Source: Pocillopora damicornis
Lineage: Eukaryota
Direction of reading: 5' to 3'
Assembly: GCF_003704095.1 (NCBI RefSeq)
Contig: NW_020845387.1
Span: forward strand, 124,001-188,000
Length of the DNA stretch: 64,000 nt
Position 1 is the first letter of the stretch, and each line of letters starts with the position of its first letter. Positions 63,705 to 64,000 of the stretch are shown in pieces. The notes beneath the pieces were generated by a model, which searched no databases, was not told where the DNA came from, and saw nothing but the letters and a program-made list of their open reading frames with translations. The position numbers were made by a program, and so were the translations under genes.

Positions 63705-64000
63705 AGTACAGGAAGCCAAAATACTTCGTACATTTCATTAAGAATCGAAGTTTACCGCGAATATTCTGTAACCCGTGGAGATTGCTGGGATTCATTGTTA
63801 GGGTTGAGACCGCTGAGCTATAGCAATGCAGACGTCTTTTTCAAGAAATCGGCTTCAGTCTTACGCGGTCAGATAACATATAACTTGGAGCCCCAAAGAA
63901 TTTCATCGAAGTCGCAAAAATATAGGAAACAAAAACTAATTTTACTTTTGGAAACCAAAGCTTTTTTCCGAGCCCTGATTTAGTCTCTATTTGTCAAACC

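Noticed and set aside
1-64000. CRISPR arrays, rRNA, intact tRNA genes or prokaryotic operons
   Set aside because: None seen; the window is spliced eukaryotic DNA and the tRNA-like pieces are decayed SINEs.

Overview
Gene-dense, intron-rich animal (not prokaryotic) DNA. The short repeat families present (tRNA-derived SINEs, TTAA MITEs, hammerhead-bearing Penelope-like fragments) resemble those of stony corals; this is an inference. Eight protein-coding genes can be assembled by hand from exons and splice sites: NAA40 (-) and NAPA/alpha-SNAP (+) head-to-head, then on the minus strand an SLC8A Na+/Ca2+ exchanger, GOLGA5, intronless CHCHD7, a divergent PNPT1, an intronless TFAM-like gene with three HMG boxes, and ATRIP. 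The most interesting unexplained signals are: (1) a densely base-paired ~290-nt RNA leader directly upstream of CHCHD7 that encloses a telomere-complementary CCCUAACCC; (2) a ~4 kb non-coding block bounded by ~140-bp direct repeats, with its own CpG island, splice donors and G-U-rich hairpins; (3) several H/ACA-like intronic RNA candidates in NAPA and neighbouring genes; (4) a three-box TFAM within a CHCHD7-PNPT1-TFAM mitochondrial cluster; (5) a candidate degenerate U12-type intron in GOLGA5; (6) two Penelope-like insertions with TSDs and inverted hammerhead pairs. All RNA structures were folded by eye and need computational confirmation. Internal exon limits are approximate.
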